Shown: positions 43,802 through 53,262, counted from the first letter of the stretch. The stretch: DNA of 64,000 bases from Dehalococcoidia bacterium (GCA_965205495.1 CBDBHA010000002.1:1782326-1846325); one strand, 5' to 3'. Numbers and translations: made by a program. The notes: generated by a model not told the origin, from the sequence alone.

Positions 43802-44875
43802 TTACGCCAAATCGTGTTCGATGACTCCGCCGCCCAATACGGTGTCGCTCTGGTAAAAGACCGCCGCCTGGCCCGGAGTGACCGCCCGTTGGGGTTGGTC
43901 GAACCGGACGACGGCGCTGCCAGCCGACGCGGAGAGGGTCGCGGGGGCCTCTTCAAACTTGTAGCGGATTTTGACTCCGATGCGGGTCGGTTGTTCCGGA
44001 GGCAGGCCGGAAACGTAGTTGACACGGGAAACGAGGAACTCCTGGCGGTAAAGTTCGGCTTCGGGCCCCACCACGACGGTGTTGGTCTCGGGTTCCAGGC
44101 GCACGACGTAACGGGGAGCGCCACCGGAGAGGCCGAGGCCCCGCCGTTGGCCCACGGTGAACATTTCGATACCTTCGTGGCCGCCGAGGACGTTGCCCGC
44201 CGAATCAACGATTTGACCCGGTTGAGTGGTGACCCGCTCTTTCAAAAAAGCTTTGTAGTCGCCGAAGGGGATGAAGCATATATCCTGGCTGTCAGGCTTT
44301 TCGGCGTTGGGAAAGCCGGCATCCAGGGCAAATTGGCGGATTTGCGGCTTAGAATAAGCACCGACGGGCATCAGGGTGTGGGCCAGTTCGTCTTGACCCA
44401 TGCCGTAGAGGACGTAGGACTGGTCCTTGCCGCCGTCCAGGCCCTTTTTCAAGGACCAACTGCCGGGGGATTGCTCGATGCGGGCGTAGTGCCCGGTGGC
44501 CACCAGGTCCGCGCCCAGCACCTGGGCCCGGTGGGCCAGGAAGTTGAACTTAATCTTGTCGTTGCAGGCGATGCAGGGGTGGGGGGTGCGGCCCTTCTGG
44601 TACTCGGAGCAGAAGTAGTCGATGACGAAGTCCTGAAACTCCCGTTGGACGTTCATCACGTAATGGGGGACGCCGAGGCGGTGGCAGACCATGCGGGCGT
44701 CATCGACATCATCGACGGTGCAGCAACCGCGGTAGTAATCGGGGAGGTCGGCGTGATCTAGGCTGTAGAGCTTCATGGTGACGCCCACGACGTCGTAACC
44801 CTGCTGCTGCAACAAGAGGGCCGCCACCGAGGAGTCAACGCCGCCGCTCATGGCGACCACGACACGTTCTTTCAT
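43802..44875 (-). CDS. mnmA: tRNA-specific 2-thiouridylase
   Basis: 357 aa. VVAMSGGVDSSVAA PP-loop, C..C.. and the full MnmA pattern. Confidence 0.95.
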   Translation of the reverse strand: MKERVVVAMSGGVDSSVAALLLQQQGYDVVGVTMKLYSLDHADLPDYYRGCCTVDDVDDARMVCHRLGVPHYVMNVQREFQDFVIDYFCSEYQKGRTPHPCIACNDKIKFNFLAHRAQVLGADLVATGHYARIEQSPGSWSLKKGLDGGKDQSYVLYGMGQDELAHTLMPVGAYSKPQIRQFALDAGFPNAEKPDSQDICFIPFGDYKAFLKERVTTQPGQIVDSAGNVLGGHEGIEMFTVGQRRGLGLSGGAPRYVVRLEPETNTVVVGPEAELYRQEFLVSRVNYVSGLPPEQPTRIGVKIRYKFEEAPATLSASAGSAVVRFDQPQRAVTPGQAAVFYQSDTVLGGGVIEHDLA

Positions 44876-45198
44876 ATCAACACAACCTTGGATTCCAGCC
44901 TAGCACAGGTAGGAACGGCGGTTCAACAACGGGCTAGAGCCGGGGCCGGGGCAAATTATTTCTCCTGGGACATTTTGCGACAAATGGGGACATTTGTGCT
45001 TGGCTCCCGCAGGATGAGGGCGGAGCCGGAGGGTCAAAGTTCTCAAATATGGATGGTTTTGGAACATTTTTGGGGGATATCAAGGCCGTTTTGGTACAGT
45101 TTTACGGCTGGATTGAATTGGGGTTGGGCCGACGCCGGGGAATAACTCGCCGGTGGAATACCGGGCCGTTACCAGCATGACGGAGGGACGCCGGAGTT

Positions 45199-45318
45199 GG
45201 CAAGGGGGAAGTGTCAGTAGAGCAGGGCGTTTTCATTGTCGTTGGAGGGTTGGCGGCGATGGATTTTAGATTCCTCCCTGCGGTCGGAATAACAGGTAGG
45301 GGTGGGCGAATGACAGGC
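45199..45318 (+). repeat. repeat family F2 copy
   Basis: GGCAAGGGGGAAGTGTCAGT..TTTTCATTGTCGTTGGAGGG..GATGGATTTTAGATTCCTCCCTGCGGTCGGAATAACAGG..GCGAATGACAGG. Confidence 0.8.
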
Positions 45319-45336
45319 GGAGCGGGGGCGGAGTGA

Positions 45337-45421
45337 CCCCCCTTCGACAAGCTCAGGGCGAACCTTCGATGGGTGGTCCGTGGTTCGACGGGGCTCAGGA
45401 TGATAGGGCTCACTATGATGG
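45337..45421. repeat. repeat family F4 copy (two TTCGAC(A/G)(A/G)GCTCAGG units)
   Basis: CCCCCTTCGACAAGCTCAGGGCGAACCTTCGATGGGTGGTCCGTGGTTCGACGGGGCTCAGGATGATAGGGCTCAC. Confidence 0.7.
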
Positions 45422-45565
45422 CGCGGGATGAAAGGGGCCGGTTTCGGCAGGGGCCGCCAATTGGCGGAAGAGCAGGGCAAGGCAGGTTTAGGTGGTTGGG
45501 GCGAATGTTTATAATGGCGGGCATAGCGTTCCACAATAAGAGTTGAAGGGTTACGGGAGAAGGCC

Positions 45566-45925
45566 ATGCTGGAACCGGCGGGGCAGAAAAGGACCGACCA
45601 CATCAAGTACCGCAATATGTTTGTTCAGGTGTTGTTGTTTATCATCACCCTGGGGATTTACGGGATTTATTGGTTTTATGTGACGTTTGGCGAATTCGCG
45701 TTGGGGAACGGTGAGGAAGAGAACCCCGGCTGTTTGTGGACTATTTTGACCCTCATTCCCATCGCCAACCTCTTCGCTTATTGGAAGTGGTCCCATGAAT
45801 ACGCTGAGTTTATTGAACAGAAGTACTCGGGGATAGTGATTTTCATCTTGTGGCTGGTGTTTGCGCCGGTGGTGTGGTTCCTGGCGCAGTCGGACTTGAA
45901 CCGGGCGGCGCGGGGGAATTCTTAG
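45566..45925 (+). CDS. DUF4234-like small membrane protein
   Basis: 119 aa. FVQVLLFIITLGIYGIYWFY.. is a motif typical of DUF4234. It has three TM helices. Confidence 0.65.
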   Translation: MLEPAGQKRTDHIKYRNMFVQVLLFIITLGIYGIYWFYVTFGEFALGNGEEENPGCLWTILTLIPIANLFAYWKWSHEYAEFIEQKYSGIVIFILWLVFAPVVWFLAQSDLNRAARGNS

Positions 45926-45952
45926 GCGGGGGAGAAGCCGTGGCGGAAGAAT

Positions 45953-45976
45953 GGTCCTTCGACGGGCTCAGGAACA
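45953..45976. repeat. repeat family F4 fragment, interrupted by the adjacent F1 copy
   Basis: GGTCCTTCGACGGGCTCAGGAAC. The F4-like sequence resumes after the F1 element (CAGGATGAAGGGG at 46120). Confidence 0.6.
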
Positions 45977-45978
45977 AG

Positions 45979-46119
45979 GGGGACGATTGCAAAGTGATGC
46001 AATTCTGAGGGAAAGGGACGCTTGCCAGGCCACGTGCATCCTGGATTCCCGCCTACGCGGGAATGACGGTAGGTGCGGGAATGACGGTAGGTGTTCGTCG
46101 GGACTTTGCAATTGTCCTG
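45979..46119 (+). repeat. repeat family F1, complete copy with a duplicated GGGAATGACGGTAGGTG segment
   Basis: GGGGACGATTGCAAAGTG...CTTTGCAATTGTCCTG, flanked by CAGGAACAAGG and CAGGATGAAGG. Confidence 0.85.
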
Positions 46120-46191
46120 CAGGATGAAGGGGGGTTGGGGGTAGTTGCAATACCCTGCGCTTTGATCGGAACGTTAGACTAACAGGAGAGG

Positions 46192-47151
46192 ATGGAGATG
46201 GCTATTACTTTTGGATGTTCTTTGCCCAGCCGGGGGCCGATGGCCAGCCCGGAGGCGCTGCGGTCGTTGGCGCAGCGGGCGGAGGACTTGAGCTTTGATT
46301 CGGTTTGGGTCAGCGACCATATCATTCTGCCCCGGGAGGTCGAGTCATTTTACCCCTACTCGGCGGACGGAGTGGCGACGTTCAACGCCGAGCAACCTTA
46401 TTACGATGCCATCGCCGCGTTGAACTTCCTGGCGGGCTGCACGCACAGGGTGCGGCTGGGCACCCATGTTTTGATACTGCCTTACCGCAACCCGGTCGTG
46501 ACGGCCAAGATGCTGGCGACGTTGGACGTTTTGTCGGCGGGAAGGTTAATCCTAGGGGCCGGGGTGGGCTGGATGGAAGAGGAGTTCCAGGCGCTGGGGC
46601 TGGACACCTTTGCCCAACGGGGCGCGGTGACCAACGAATACATCCGGCTGTTCAAGGAGCTTTGGACGGCGGAGCAGCCGGAATTCCACGGCGAATTCTA
46701 CAACGTCTCCGGCGCGGGGTTCCTGCCCAAGCCGGTGCAGAAGCCCCACCCGCCGGTCTGGGTGGGCGGCCATACCGGCCCGGCCATCCGCCGGGCGGCG
46801 GAACTGGGGGACGGATGGATGCCTATTGGGTTGCGTCCCCCGGCGATTTTGGAGCCGGAAGAGCTGGCGGAAAAGATCGCGCGGTTGAAGCGGTTGACGG
46901 TGCGCGCAGGAAGGCCGGAGGACGCGGTTGAGCTTTGCTTCAGCACCGACATAACGTTTGAGCCAGCCGCGGGAATGGACCGGCGGATGATGACCGGGCG
47001 GCCCGAACAGATTGCCTCCGACCTGCGGTTGTACCAGGACTTGGGAGTGGTCAACTTCATCTTCAGCTTCCCGGCAGACAGCGTTGACGGGCAGCGGGAG
47101 GCGATGGAGCAGTTTTCCCGGGAAGTGATGCCGTTGATTCCGGAGGAATAG
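46192..47151 (+). CDS. LLM-class (F420-dependent-type) oxidoreductase
   Basis: 319 aa. FDSVWVSDH, GRLILGAGVGW and PPVWVGG blocks. The ATG at 46198 has better SD spacing (AGGAGAGG-6 nt). Confidence 0.85.
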   Translation: MEMAITFGCSLPSRGPMASPEALRSLAQRAEDLSFDSVWVSDHIILPREVESFYPYSADGVATFNAEQPYYDAIAALNFLAGCTHRVRLGTHVLILPYRNPVVTAKMLATLDVLSAGRLILGAGVGWMEEEFQALGLDTFAQRGAVTNEYIRLFKELWTAEQPEFHGEFYNVSGAGFLPKPVQKPHPPVWVGGHTGPAIRRAAELGDGWMPIGLRPPAILEPEELAEKIARLKRLTVRAGRPEDAVELCFSTDITFEPAAGMDRRMMTGRPEQIASDLRLYQDLGVVNFIFSFPADSVDGQREAMEQFSREVMPLIPEE

Positions 47152-47161
47152 GTTCGTAAGG

Positions 47162-47258
47162 GTTCAGAATTGATGAGTTAGTCCAACCCAAGATCCGTCA
47201 TTCCGGCTCGAGGCCGGAATGACGGTTTAATGTTGGGATGATTCCTTGACTCTGAACG
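47162..47258 (+). repeat. repeat family F3, short single-hairpin copy
   Basis: GTTCAGAATTGATGAGT..CCGTCATTCCGGCtcgagGCCGGAATGACGG..CTCTGAACG. Confidence 0.85.
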
Positions 47259-47263
47259 CTTGC

Positions 47264-47373
47264 TTTTAATTGTCGTTGTGGGGGGTTTGCGACGACGAAT
47301 CCGGGGCAAACCGGCTGGGGGCGTTGGATTTTAGATTCCTCCCTGCGGTCGGAATGACAGGTTAGGGGGTTGG
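47264..47373 (+). repeat. repeat family F2 copy
   Basis: TTTTAATTGTCGTTGTGGGGGGTTTGCGACGACGAATCCGGGGCAAACCGGCTGGGGGCGTTGGATTTTAGATTCCTCCCTGCGGTCGGAATGACAGG. Confidence 0.85.
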
Positions 47374-47479
47374 AATTGCGGGTGGCCCTGGCTAGGCCAC
47401 GTATGAGGAATGAAAATGGAATTGCACTGGAACCCTTCGCAACTTGTTATTTTCATGCCAATGGGGGTGTTTAGTGCGA

Positions 47480-47580
47480 CCGTCCGTTGGCCCTTCGACG
47501 GGGCTCAGGACGAACGGACTGGAGGGTTGTGCGGTTGTTCGTGGTTCGGCGGGCTTACCATGATGGCTCAGGGTGATGGG
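47480..47580. repeat. repeat family F4 copy
   Basis: GTCCGTTGGCCCTTCGACGGGGCTCAGGACGAACGGACTGGAGGG..GGTTCGGCGGGCTTACCATGATGGCTCAGGGTGATGG. Confidence 0.7.
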
Positions 47581-47638
47581 GTGATTGAAAGATGTTGCCC
47601 CCGGCGGGGGGCCGGGGGCTTTTTTTGAGCGCCGGGGT

Positions 47639-48496
47639 TTAGGAAACGGGGGTTTCGGTTAGGCCGTACTTGCGTTCCAACTCGTAGATCTGGTCCAGGC
47701 CCAGGAGGCCGGCTACGTCCCAACGGGTGCCGAAGCGGTTGGGGTCGACGCGGCCTTCGTTTTTCAGTTCTTCAAAGGCATCGCGGACCTGCTTGTAGAC
47801 CAGCCAGATGGTGCTGCCGCAAATCATCAGTTTGTAGCCCAGGGAATCGACTTCCTGGGTGGTGGTCAGGTCGCCGTTGTACATGCGGGGCAGGTCGGGA
47901 AGGTCGGCGGCATAGGCGCGGAGGTCGTCCAGGGTCTTGATGCCGTCGACGAAAACCAGGTCGGCCCCGGCGTCGCGGTAGGCCCGGCAGCGGCGGACGG
48001 TGTCTTCCCAGCCGGTGACGGCGTAGGCGTCGCAGCGGGCGATAATCACGAAGTCCGGGTCGCTGCGGGCGTCCAGCGCGGCCTTGATTTTCTGGACGTG
48101 CTCTTCCAGAGGGACCACCTGCTTACCCTCGAAAAAGCCGCACTTCTTGGGGAAGACCTGGTCTTCGATGTGGATGCCGGCAACGCCGGCGGACTCGTAC
48201 TCGCGGACGGTACGCTGAACGTTGAGGGCGTTGCCGTAGCCGGTATCGGCGTCGCAAACGACGGGAATGTCCACGGCGTTGGCGATATACTTGGCGTTGG
48301 TAACCATTTCGGTCATGGTAAGGAGGCCGACATCGGGGAAACCGCGCTCGGCGGCGGTGCCCGCGCCGGTCATATAGACGGCGTCGAACCCGACGGATTC
48401 GGCGATGCGGGCGTGAAGGCCATTCACAACGAAAGGGGCCACGATGAGGCCGTCGGAGTTGAGCATTTGCCGGAGTTTGGTGGTAGCTTTCATCAA
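47639..48496 (-). CDS. isocitrate lyase / PEP mutase superfamily enzyme (2-methylisocitrate lyase or carboxyvinyl-carboxyphosphonate phosphorylmutase-like)
   Basis: 285 aa. YMTGAGTAA, DADTGYGNA, GIHIEDQ and IIARCDA blocks. Confidence 0.85.
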   Translation of the reverse strand: MMKATTKLRQMLNSDGLIVAPFVVNGLHARIAESVGFDAVYMTGAGTAAERGFPDVGLLTMTEMVTNAKYIANAVDIPVVCDADTGYGNALNVQRTVREYESAGVAGIHIEDQVFPKKCGFFEGKQVVPLEEHVQKIKAALDARSDPDFVIIARCDAYAVTGWEDTVRRCRAYRDAGADLVFVDGIKTLDDLRAYAADLPDLPRMYNGDLTTTQEVDSLGYKLMICGSTIWLVYKQVRDAFEELKNEGRVDPNRFGTRWDVAGLLGLDQIYELERKYGLTETPVS

Positions 48497-48532
48497 CTTT
48501 CTCCTTGGGAAGATTATTTAACGGAGGCGGGG

Positions 48533-49177
48533 TTAGAGGGGGTAGGCATCCAGCCATTGCCAGCGGAGGTCGGCGGCCCAGGAACCGTCGTTCCAGTCGC
48601 CGACGGCGGCATCCGACTCGAAACACACCAGGACCAACTGCCCGGCGCGGGTGGAGTTGGGGATTTCCAAATCGCGGGCGACGGCAGTGGCAAACTCCAC
48701 CGCGCTGTTGAACACCGAAGGAGGGAGGGGAGCGTACTGCATCAAGGGGATGTGGGGGCGGTAATCCGGGGAGAGTTGGTTAGGGTTGGGGATGACGCCC
48801 TGGGTCTGCTGCAACAGAGCGGTGATTTGCTGGCGGACACTGTCCAACTGCCTTTGGCGGCGGTCCAGGGGATTATCGGCCACGGTGAAGTCCAGGTGGA
48901 TGTGGCCGATGGTGTCAGGAAAGGTGGAAATGCCCCGGTTCACCATGGGGAACCGTAGGGCTTGGCGGCGGGAATGCCCGGCGATGGCGGCCAGGCCGGC
49001 GGAGATGGGGGGCAGGGCTTCGTCGGAGCATTGGAAGTAGTCGGCCAGAGACAGGTGGAGCATGTGCATTTCGGCGGCCCACGCGCCGAACTGTCCGCAA
49101 ATTAGCTGGCGGGCCCGGTAAACCCGGGCGGTGAAGCTGGGGTCGGGAATTAGGGAGATACCGTAGCGGAGGGACAA
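48533..49177 (-). CDS. hypothetical protein, possibly a 2H phosphoesterase (LigT-like) fold
   Basis: 214 aa. Two H-x-(S/P)-x motifs (HLSL, HIPL) about 100 aa apart. Weak assignment, TTG start. Confidence 0.4.
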   Translation of the reverse strand: MSLRYGISLIPDPSFTARVYRARQLICGQFGAWAAEMHMLHLSLADYFQCSDEALPPISAGLAAIAGHSRRQALRFPMVNRGISTFPDTIGHIHLDFTVADNPLDRRQRQLDSVRQQITALLQQTQGVIPNPNQLSPDYRPHIPLMQYAPLPPSVFNSAVEFATAVARDLEIPNSTRAGQLVLVCFESDAAVGDWNDGSWAADLRWQWLDAYPL

Positions 49178-49211
49178 TTTTTCACCCGTGGGAGAGTTTA
49201 CCTGAGTTGAT

Positions 49212-49589
49212 TTACTGAAAGACGCGGGTCCAAACGGGAGAGGTGGCTATCAAGAGCAGGGCCGCGGCGACTCCCAAGACGAGGGGCCAACCCCAAATCT
49301 TGGTTGACCCGAAGGAAGCTCCATCATAGCCCTGCCCCGGAGATCCTTCATCGGCGCCAAGGTTGAGGATTTCGCGGGAGCGGGCTTCATCGCTTTGGAA
49401 GACGTAGAGGGCGTGGGGAAGGTTATAGGCGGAACCCCACAGCCCGGGCCCTCCTTGCAGGCTTTTGACCAGCGATGGGACTCCGGCCAATTCCAGGCGC
49501 TGAGCGGCCAGGCGGGCCAGGGGTTCGTTGGGGAACATGGACAGCGGTACTTGGTTCCCCCGGTTTTCGGTTGGGGGTGGTGGTGCCAT
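49212..49589 (-). CDS. hypothetical protein with a DUF2007-like N-domain and a C-terminal TM helix
   Basis: 125 aa. GGGAGG lies 4 nt before the ATG. EPLARLAAQRLELAGVPS pattern and a C-terminal WPLVLGVAAALLLIATSPVW helix. Confidence 0.45.
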   Translation of the reverse strand: MAPPPPTENRGNQVPLSMFPNEPLARLAAQRLELAGVPSLVKSLQGGPGLWGSAYNLPHALYVFQSDEARSREILNLGADEGSPGQGYDGASFGSTKIWGWPLVLGVAAALLLIATSPVWTRVFQ

Positions 49590-49679
49590 TGCGCCTCCCT
49601 TTGCCGGTGGAGCCCATTATAGCAGAGGGGATTGAAGGGCCGAGGCCGCGATTTCCAGGTGCCGAGGCCGGAGGGGTTG

Positions 49680-49688
49680 TGGTATAAT
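49680..49688 (+). promoter_or_regulatory. extended -10 promoter element upstream of tRNA-Leu
   Basis: TGG-TATAAT (TATAAT at 49683-88), 16 nt before the tRNA 5' end. No good -35. Confidence 0.4.
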
Positions 49689-49704
49689 TTCTGCCGACCT
49701 ACAG

Positions 49705-49791
49705 GCCGAGGTGGTGGAATAGGTAGACACGCGGTCTTGAGGGGGCCGTGGGCGTAAGCCCGTGTGGGTTCAAGTCCCGCCCTCGGCACCA
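49705..49791 (+). tRNA. tRNA-Leu (anticodon GAG), CCA encoded
   Basis: Manual fold: acceptor GCCGAGG/CCTCGGC, anticodon stem CGGTC/GGCCG with loop TTGAGGG, long variable arm, T-arm GTGGG-TTCAAGT-CCCGC. Confidence 0.88.
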
Positions 49792-49820
49792 ACGCCCGCC
49801 GTTAAGGGCGTTGTGGGAAG

Positions 49821-49897
49821 GGCGACGTAGCCAAGTGGACTAAGGCGGAGGTCTGCAAAACCTCTATTCGGCGGTTCGAATCCGCCCGTCGCCTCCA
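49821..49897 (+). tRNA. tRNA-Cys (anticodon GCA), CCA encoded
   Basis: Manual fold: acceptor GGCGACG/CGTCGCC, anticodon stem GAGGT/ACCTC with loop CTGCAAA, T-arm GGCGG-TTCGAAT-CCGCC. Confidence 0.9.
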
Positions 49898-49998
49898 AAA
49901 ACCTCGAAACACCGGAAGCAAGGTCAATAGCAGCCCGGATTGCGGAACGTCGGACTTATAACCCGTATTTTTCGCAAAGTTTTTCTAAAATAGCCTCT

Positions 49999-50037
49999 AA
50001 ATTTGACCCTATCCGGTCGCCAGGTAGGGTCAAATTT
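49999..50037. terminator. 13-bp-arm inverted repeat in an A/T-rich spacer, a possible bidirectional terminator
   Basis: AAATTTGACCCTA-tccggtcgccagg-TAGGGTCAAATTT, lying between the tRNA pair (+) and the convergent SMP-30-like gene (-). Confidence 0.4.
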
Positions 50038-50091
50038 TGGGCCGGACTCGAATGGGCTCTTATTAGTTTCAATTTTTGACCGACTAGAAAC

Positions 50092-51012
50092 TTAATGGCT
50101 TGATGCCGCTGGCACCGGCAGACCGGGTATCTTTAACTGAATACGGGCGAGGGTCTCAAAGGTGGTAATAAACAGGGTCCTCCAGTCATCGCCGCCCCAC
50201 GCCATGTTGGTCGTATGCTCCACCTCGGTCAGGATTGTGCCCAGGTGGTTGCCGGCCGCGTTCATGATCCACACCCCGCCGGGGCCGGTGCAATAGACGT
50301 TTCCCTCCACGTCAACCTTCATGCCGTCGGGTATCCCGGATTGTTCTCCTCTCAGCTCGCAGAAGACTCGCCGGTTGGCCAGCATCCCGTTGGGCCGCAC
50401 GTCAAAGGCATCAATGCGGCCGATGCTGCGGAACATGTCATTGTTATCAACGAACACACCCTGGGAATCGTTGATGTAGAGGATGCTTTCATCGGTCGAA
50501 AAAGCGAGGCCGTTGGGGAGGACATAGTCGCGGACCAGCAGGTTGATCACGCTGAGGTCCGGCGAGACCCGGTAGACTCCGGAAAAGTCCAGGTCGGTGT
50601 CAGGGGCGGGGCCGCCCGGATCGGTAAAATAGATGCTGCCATCGGACTTCACCACCACGTCGTTGGGGCGGTTCAACGGCCTGCCATGATAGCTGCCGGC
50701 AACCACGGTCACGCTTCCGTCGGGTTCCACGCGCGTCACCCGCCGGGCCCCGCCCTCGCACATGACCAGCCTCCCCTGCGGGTCCCGGGTCAGTCCATTG
50801 GCATTATTGGTCGGGTCCTGGACCAGGGTCACACCCTCGTTGGCGGACCACTTCCTCCTGCGGTTGCCTCGGACCTCGCTGAAAAGCAGGCATTGGTCCT
50901 CGCTCCACCACAACGGCCCCTCCCCGACGGCGTAGCCGGTTCCCAGCACCTCGACGTCCTGGTCCAAAGACACGATGCGTTGCAACTCCGGTGAAATCTG
51001 CTCGAAGGGCAT
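50092..51012 (-). CDS. SMP-30/gluconolactonase/LRE-family beta-propeller protein
   Basis: 306 aa. EGPLWW, PNDVVV..DGSIYFTDP and PNGLAFS blocks. Confidence 0.85.
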   Translation of the reverse strand: MPFEQISPELQRIVSLDQDVEVLGTGYAVGEGPLWWSEDQCLLFSEVRGNRRRKWSANEGVTLVQDPTNNANGLTRDPQGRLVMCEGGARRVTRVEPDGSVTVVAGSYHGRPLNRPNDVVVKSDGSIYFTDPGGPAPDTDLDFSGVYRVSPDLSVINLLVRDYVLPNGLAFSTDESILYINDSQGVFVDNNDMFRSIGRIDAFDVRPNGMLANRRVFCELRGEQSGIPDGMKVDVEGNVYCTGPGGVWIMNAAGNHLGTILTEVEHTTNMAWGGDDWRTLFITTFETLARIQLKIPGLPVPAASSH

Positions 51013-51251
51013 GAGCGCCTCCTTAAAAAATCCGAGTCTGTTTTCATGATCGTTCGTGGTCCGATTTTAAGCGTCCTGGGACTATTTTCAAAGGCAGCAT
51101 CCCCCTTTAACCTTGGAAATACCTGATATTGCGGGTTTTACTGAGTACGAGTACTGTACTTTTCAAAGCCGTTGGACTGCTCGGAATGACGGTGGAAGCA
51201 GGCCTGATGGGGCATACAGCCATCACTTGACGGGAAGATTTGTGGACTGCT

Positions 51252-53096
51252 ATGAAGCTCATCAGCCGGAACATACTCTGGATCTTGCTTCCGTTCGGTT
51301 TAACGGCCGCCTGTTTCGGCAGCCAGCAGGTCAAGACGCCCGCCGATGGAATCGTTCAGCAAGATGCCGCTGCGGTTACCGAGACGGCCACGAAGGATGA
51401 TGTTAGCGTGAAGTCCAATGAGGATTCGGCCCCCTTCAGCGAGAGCGTCCGGCCCCACTTCTATGCTTTGGGTGATGACGGAAGCCCGCAGCCGGTGCAG
51501 GGAAAACCCGACCGCATCGTCACCTGGCGGGGCAAGGTGAAGGTGCGGTTAACCAACGGCGGTGAATATCAGTACCTAGACCCTTTGTCGCTCAACTCCG
51601 GGCTGATTGGCGAGCATCCGGCCCAACGGGCGCTGCGTCTACACGAGTCGGGTGTGGCGCTTGATGCTAAATTGGGAGATGAACTGCGATCACTAACCCC
51701 GCCCGACGACCTGTTTCATAGCCTGACCTTCCAGTACCTTCCCGGCAAGGAGACCAGCGGCATAATTTCGGACGTTTTCCCCGACGGCACTTTCCTGGTA
51801 ATTGTTCCGGATGTTCCGGCGGAATGGCGGAGCGAGCACCCGGAGGTTGCCAGTCCGACGCATTTGCACGTGAACCCACGAGCTTTGACAGCCGGGCAGT
51901 CGGAACTAGCCCAAGAGTTTGAGGAGGAGATTCTCTCCCTATCTTTTGAAGACCAGCGGTATCCCCCACCCGACTTGGCCAGGAAACAGTGTGGCGTCTA
52001 TTACGAGAGCCTGTCCGGGGCCGAGTACGCCGGCCTGCTCGATACAATCGGGTACCGGTTTACCTTGGGGCATGTGGTCGAGGGTGATACCGACGCATCC
52101 CAGCCCTTCGGAGAGCGGTTGCTGGCAATACTGCGAGGTGGCGCCGGCCAGGACACGAGCTATTTTGGGTACGGCCGCTACTGGTTGGCCGCCCGGTTGG
52201 CGGAGTTGCAGGCCGCCTGGATTGCGGAGTGCGACACGGCCGGGTCAGTACGGACTTACCGCAAGAAGGGGGCTGCCGCGGACAGTTATTACCTGGTCGT
52301 CCGGCGTTCCCTGGAGCCGGAGAAGACCTCCAGATACCGGGTGCTGGCATTGGATGATGATGGGTCGGCGCGGGAAATCTACATCGCGCCGGGAATCATA
52401 CTGATGGCAATGCCCCTGCCTTTCGACGACAACTACTGGCTTTTGAGCGCCGAAGGTTGGAAATCGCCCGACGACGGGGACCAGGCGGACCCCCGGTGGC
52501 AGACGGTCTACCTGGTAAACCTGCGGGACCCGGAGGAGTACCACAAAGTCCAGTACCCCATTCAGCAGTTTCCCGACGCGCCCGAGGCGGGCCTCTACGG
52601 GGTTTCCCCCAGGTTGAGCGCCGACGGCAGGTTCCTTTTCAATACCCTGTATGGCTTTAAGGACGAGGGCGGGGGCATCTGGGTGTCGGACCTGTCCGCG
52701 GACGACTACTACACCCATCCCGAACTGTTCGCCCGGGTTGTCGCTTGGGACCATACCCTGAGTTGGATGAAGCTGGAGCGTGATGATGACGGGCCATTGC
52801 CCCACTTCCACCTGTTTATGACCGGAAAGGAGGTGGCCGACGACTTCGCCATGACCGCCAACGTCCTGCGCGTAAAGGACGCCGGGCTGGAGTCGTCGAT
52901 CCTATACCAGGAGCGGCTTCTGCAAATGGTGGGCTGGAACCCCGTCCCATTTGCGGTGCAACGCTTGAGCGACACCCGATTTCGCGTTGCCGTCGAGACC
53001 CATTTCAACTACGAAAGCTCGCTGCTGCCGCGGGCCAAGGGCGTCTACATAGTGCCCGTGGACCTGGAGGCGATTGAGGCTAAAGCCAGTCCTTAA
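51252..53096 (+). CDS. predicted lipoprotein of unknown function
   Basis: 614 aa from MKLISRNILWILLPFGLTAAC (lipobox L-T-A-A-C). No recognisable domain. Confidence 0.6.
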   Translation: MKLISRNILWILLPFGLTAACFGSQQVKTPADGIVQQDAAAVTETATKDDVSVKSNEDSAPFSESVRPHFYALGDDGSPQPVQGKPDRIVTWRGKVKVRLTNGGEYQYLDPLSLNSGLIGEHPAQRALRLHESGVALDAKLGDELRSLTPPDDLFHSLTFQYLPGKETSGIISDVFPDGTFLVIVPDVPAEWRSEHPEVASPTHLHVNPRALTAGQSELAQEFEEEILSLSFEDQRYPPPDLARKQCGVYYESLSGAEYAGLLDTIGYRFTLGHVVEGDTDASQPFGERLLAILRGGAGQDTSYFGYGRYWLAARLAELQAAWIAECDTAGSVRTYRKKGAAADSYYLVVRRSLEPEKTSRYRVLALDDDGSAREIYIAPGIILMAMPLPFDDNYWLLSAEGWKSPDDGDQADPRWQTVYLVNLRDPEEYHKVQYPIQQFPDAPEAGLYGVSPRLSADGRFLFNTLYGFKDEGGGIWVSDLSADDYYTHPELFARVVAWDHTLSWMKLERDDDGPLPHFHLFMTGKEVADDFAMTANVLRVKDAGLESSILYQERLLQMVGWNPVPFAVQRLSDTRFRVAVETHFNYESSLLPRAKGVYIVPVDLEAIEAKASP

Positions 53097-53262
53097 AATA
53101 GCGGCCAAGAGTGATGCGCTTCAGGTCCACGGCGGCAGGGCAACCGCGTCTTAACTTTCAACATACCAAACAAGCCGAAATCGCCGGAAAACTCCGATGA
53201 TTCCCGCGAAAGAGGCAATCCACACTGTTTTGCACCGGCAAATTGGTCCTGGCCCGCGACTT

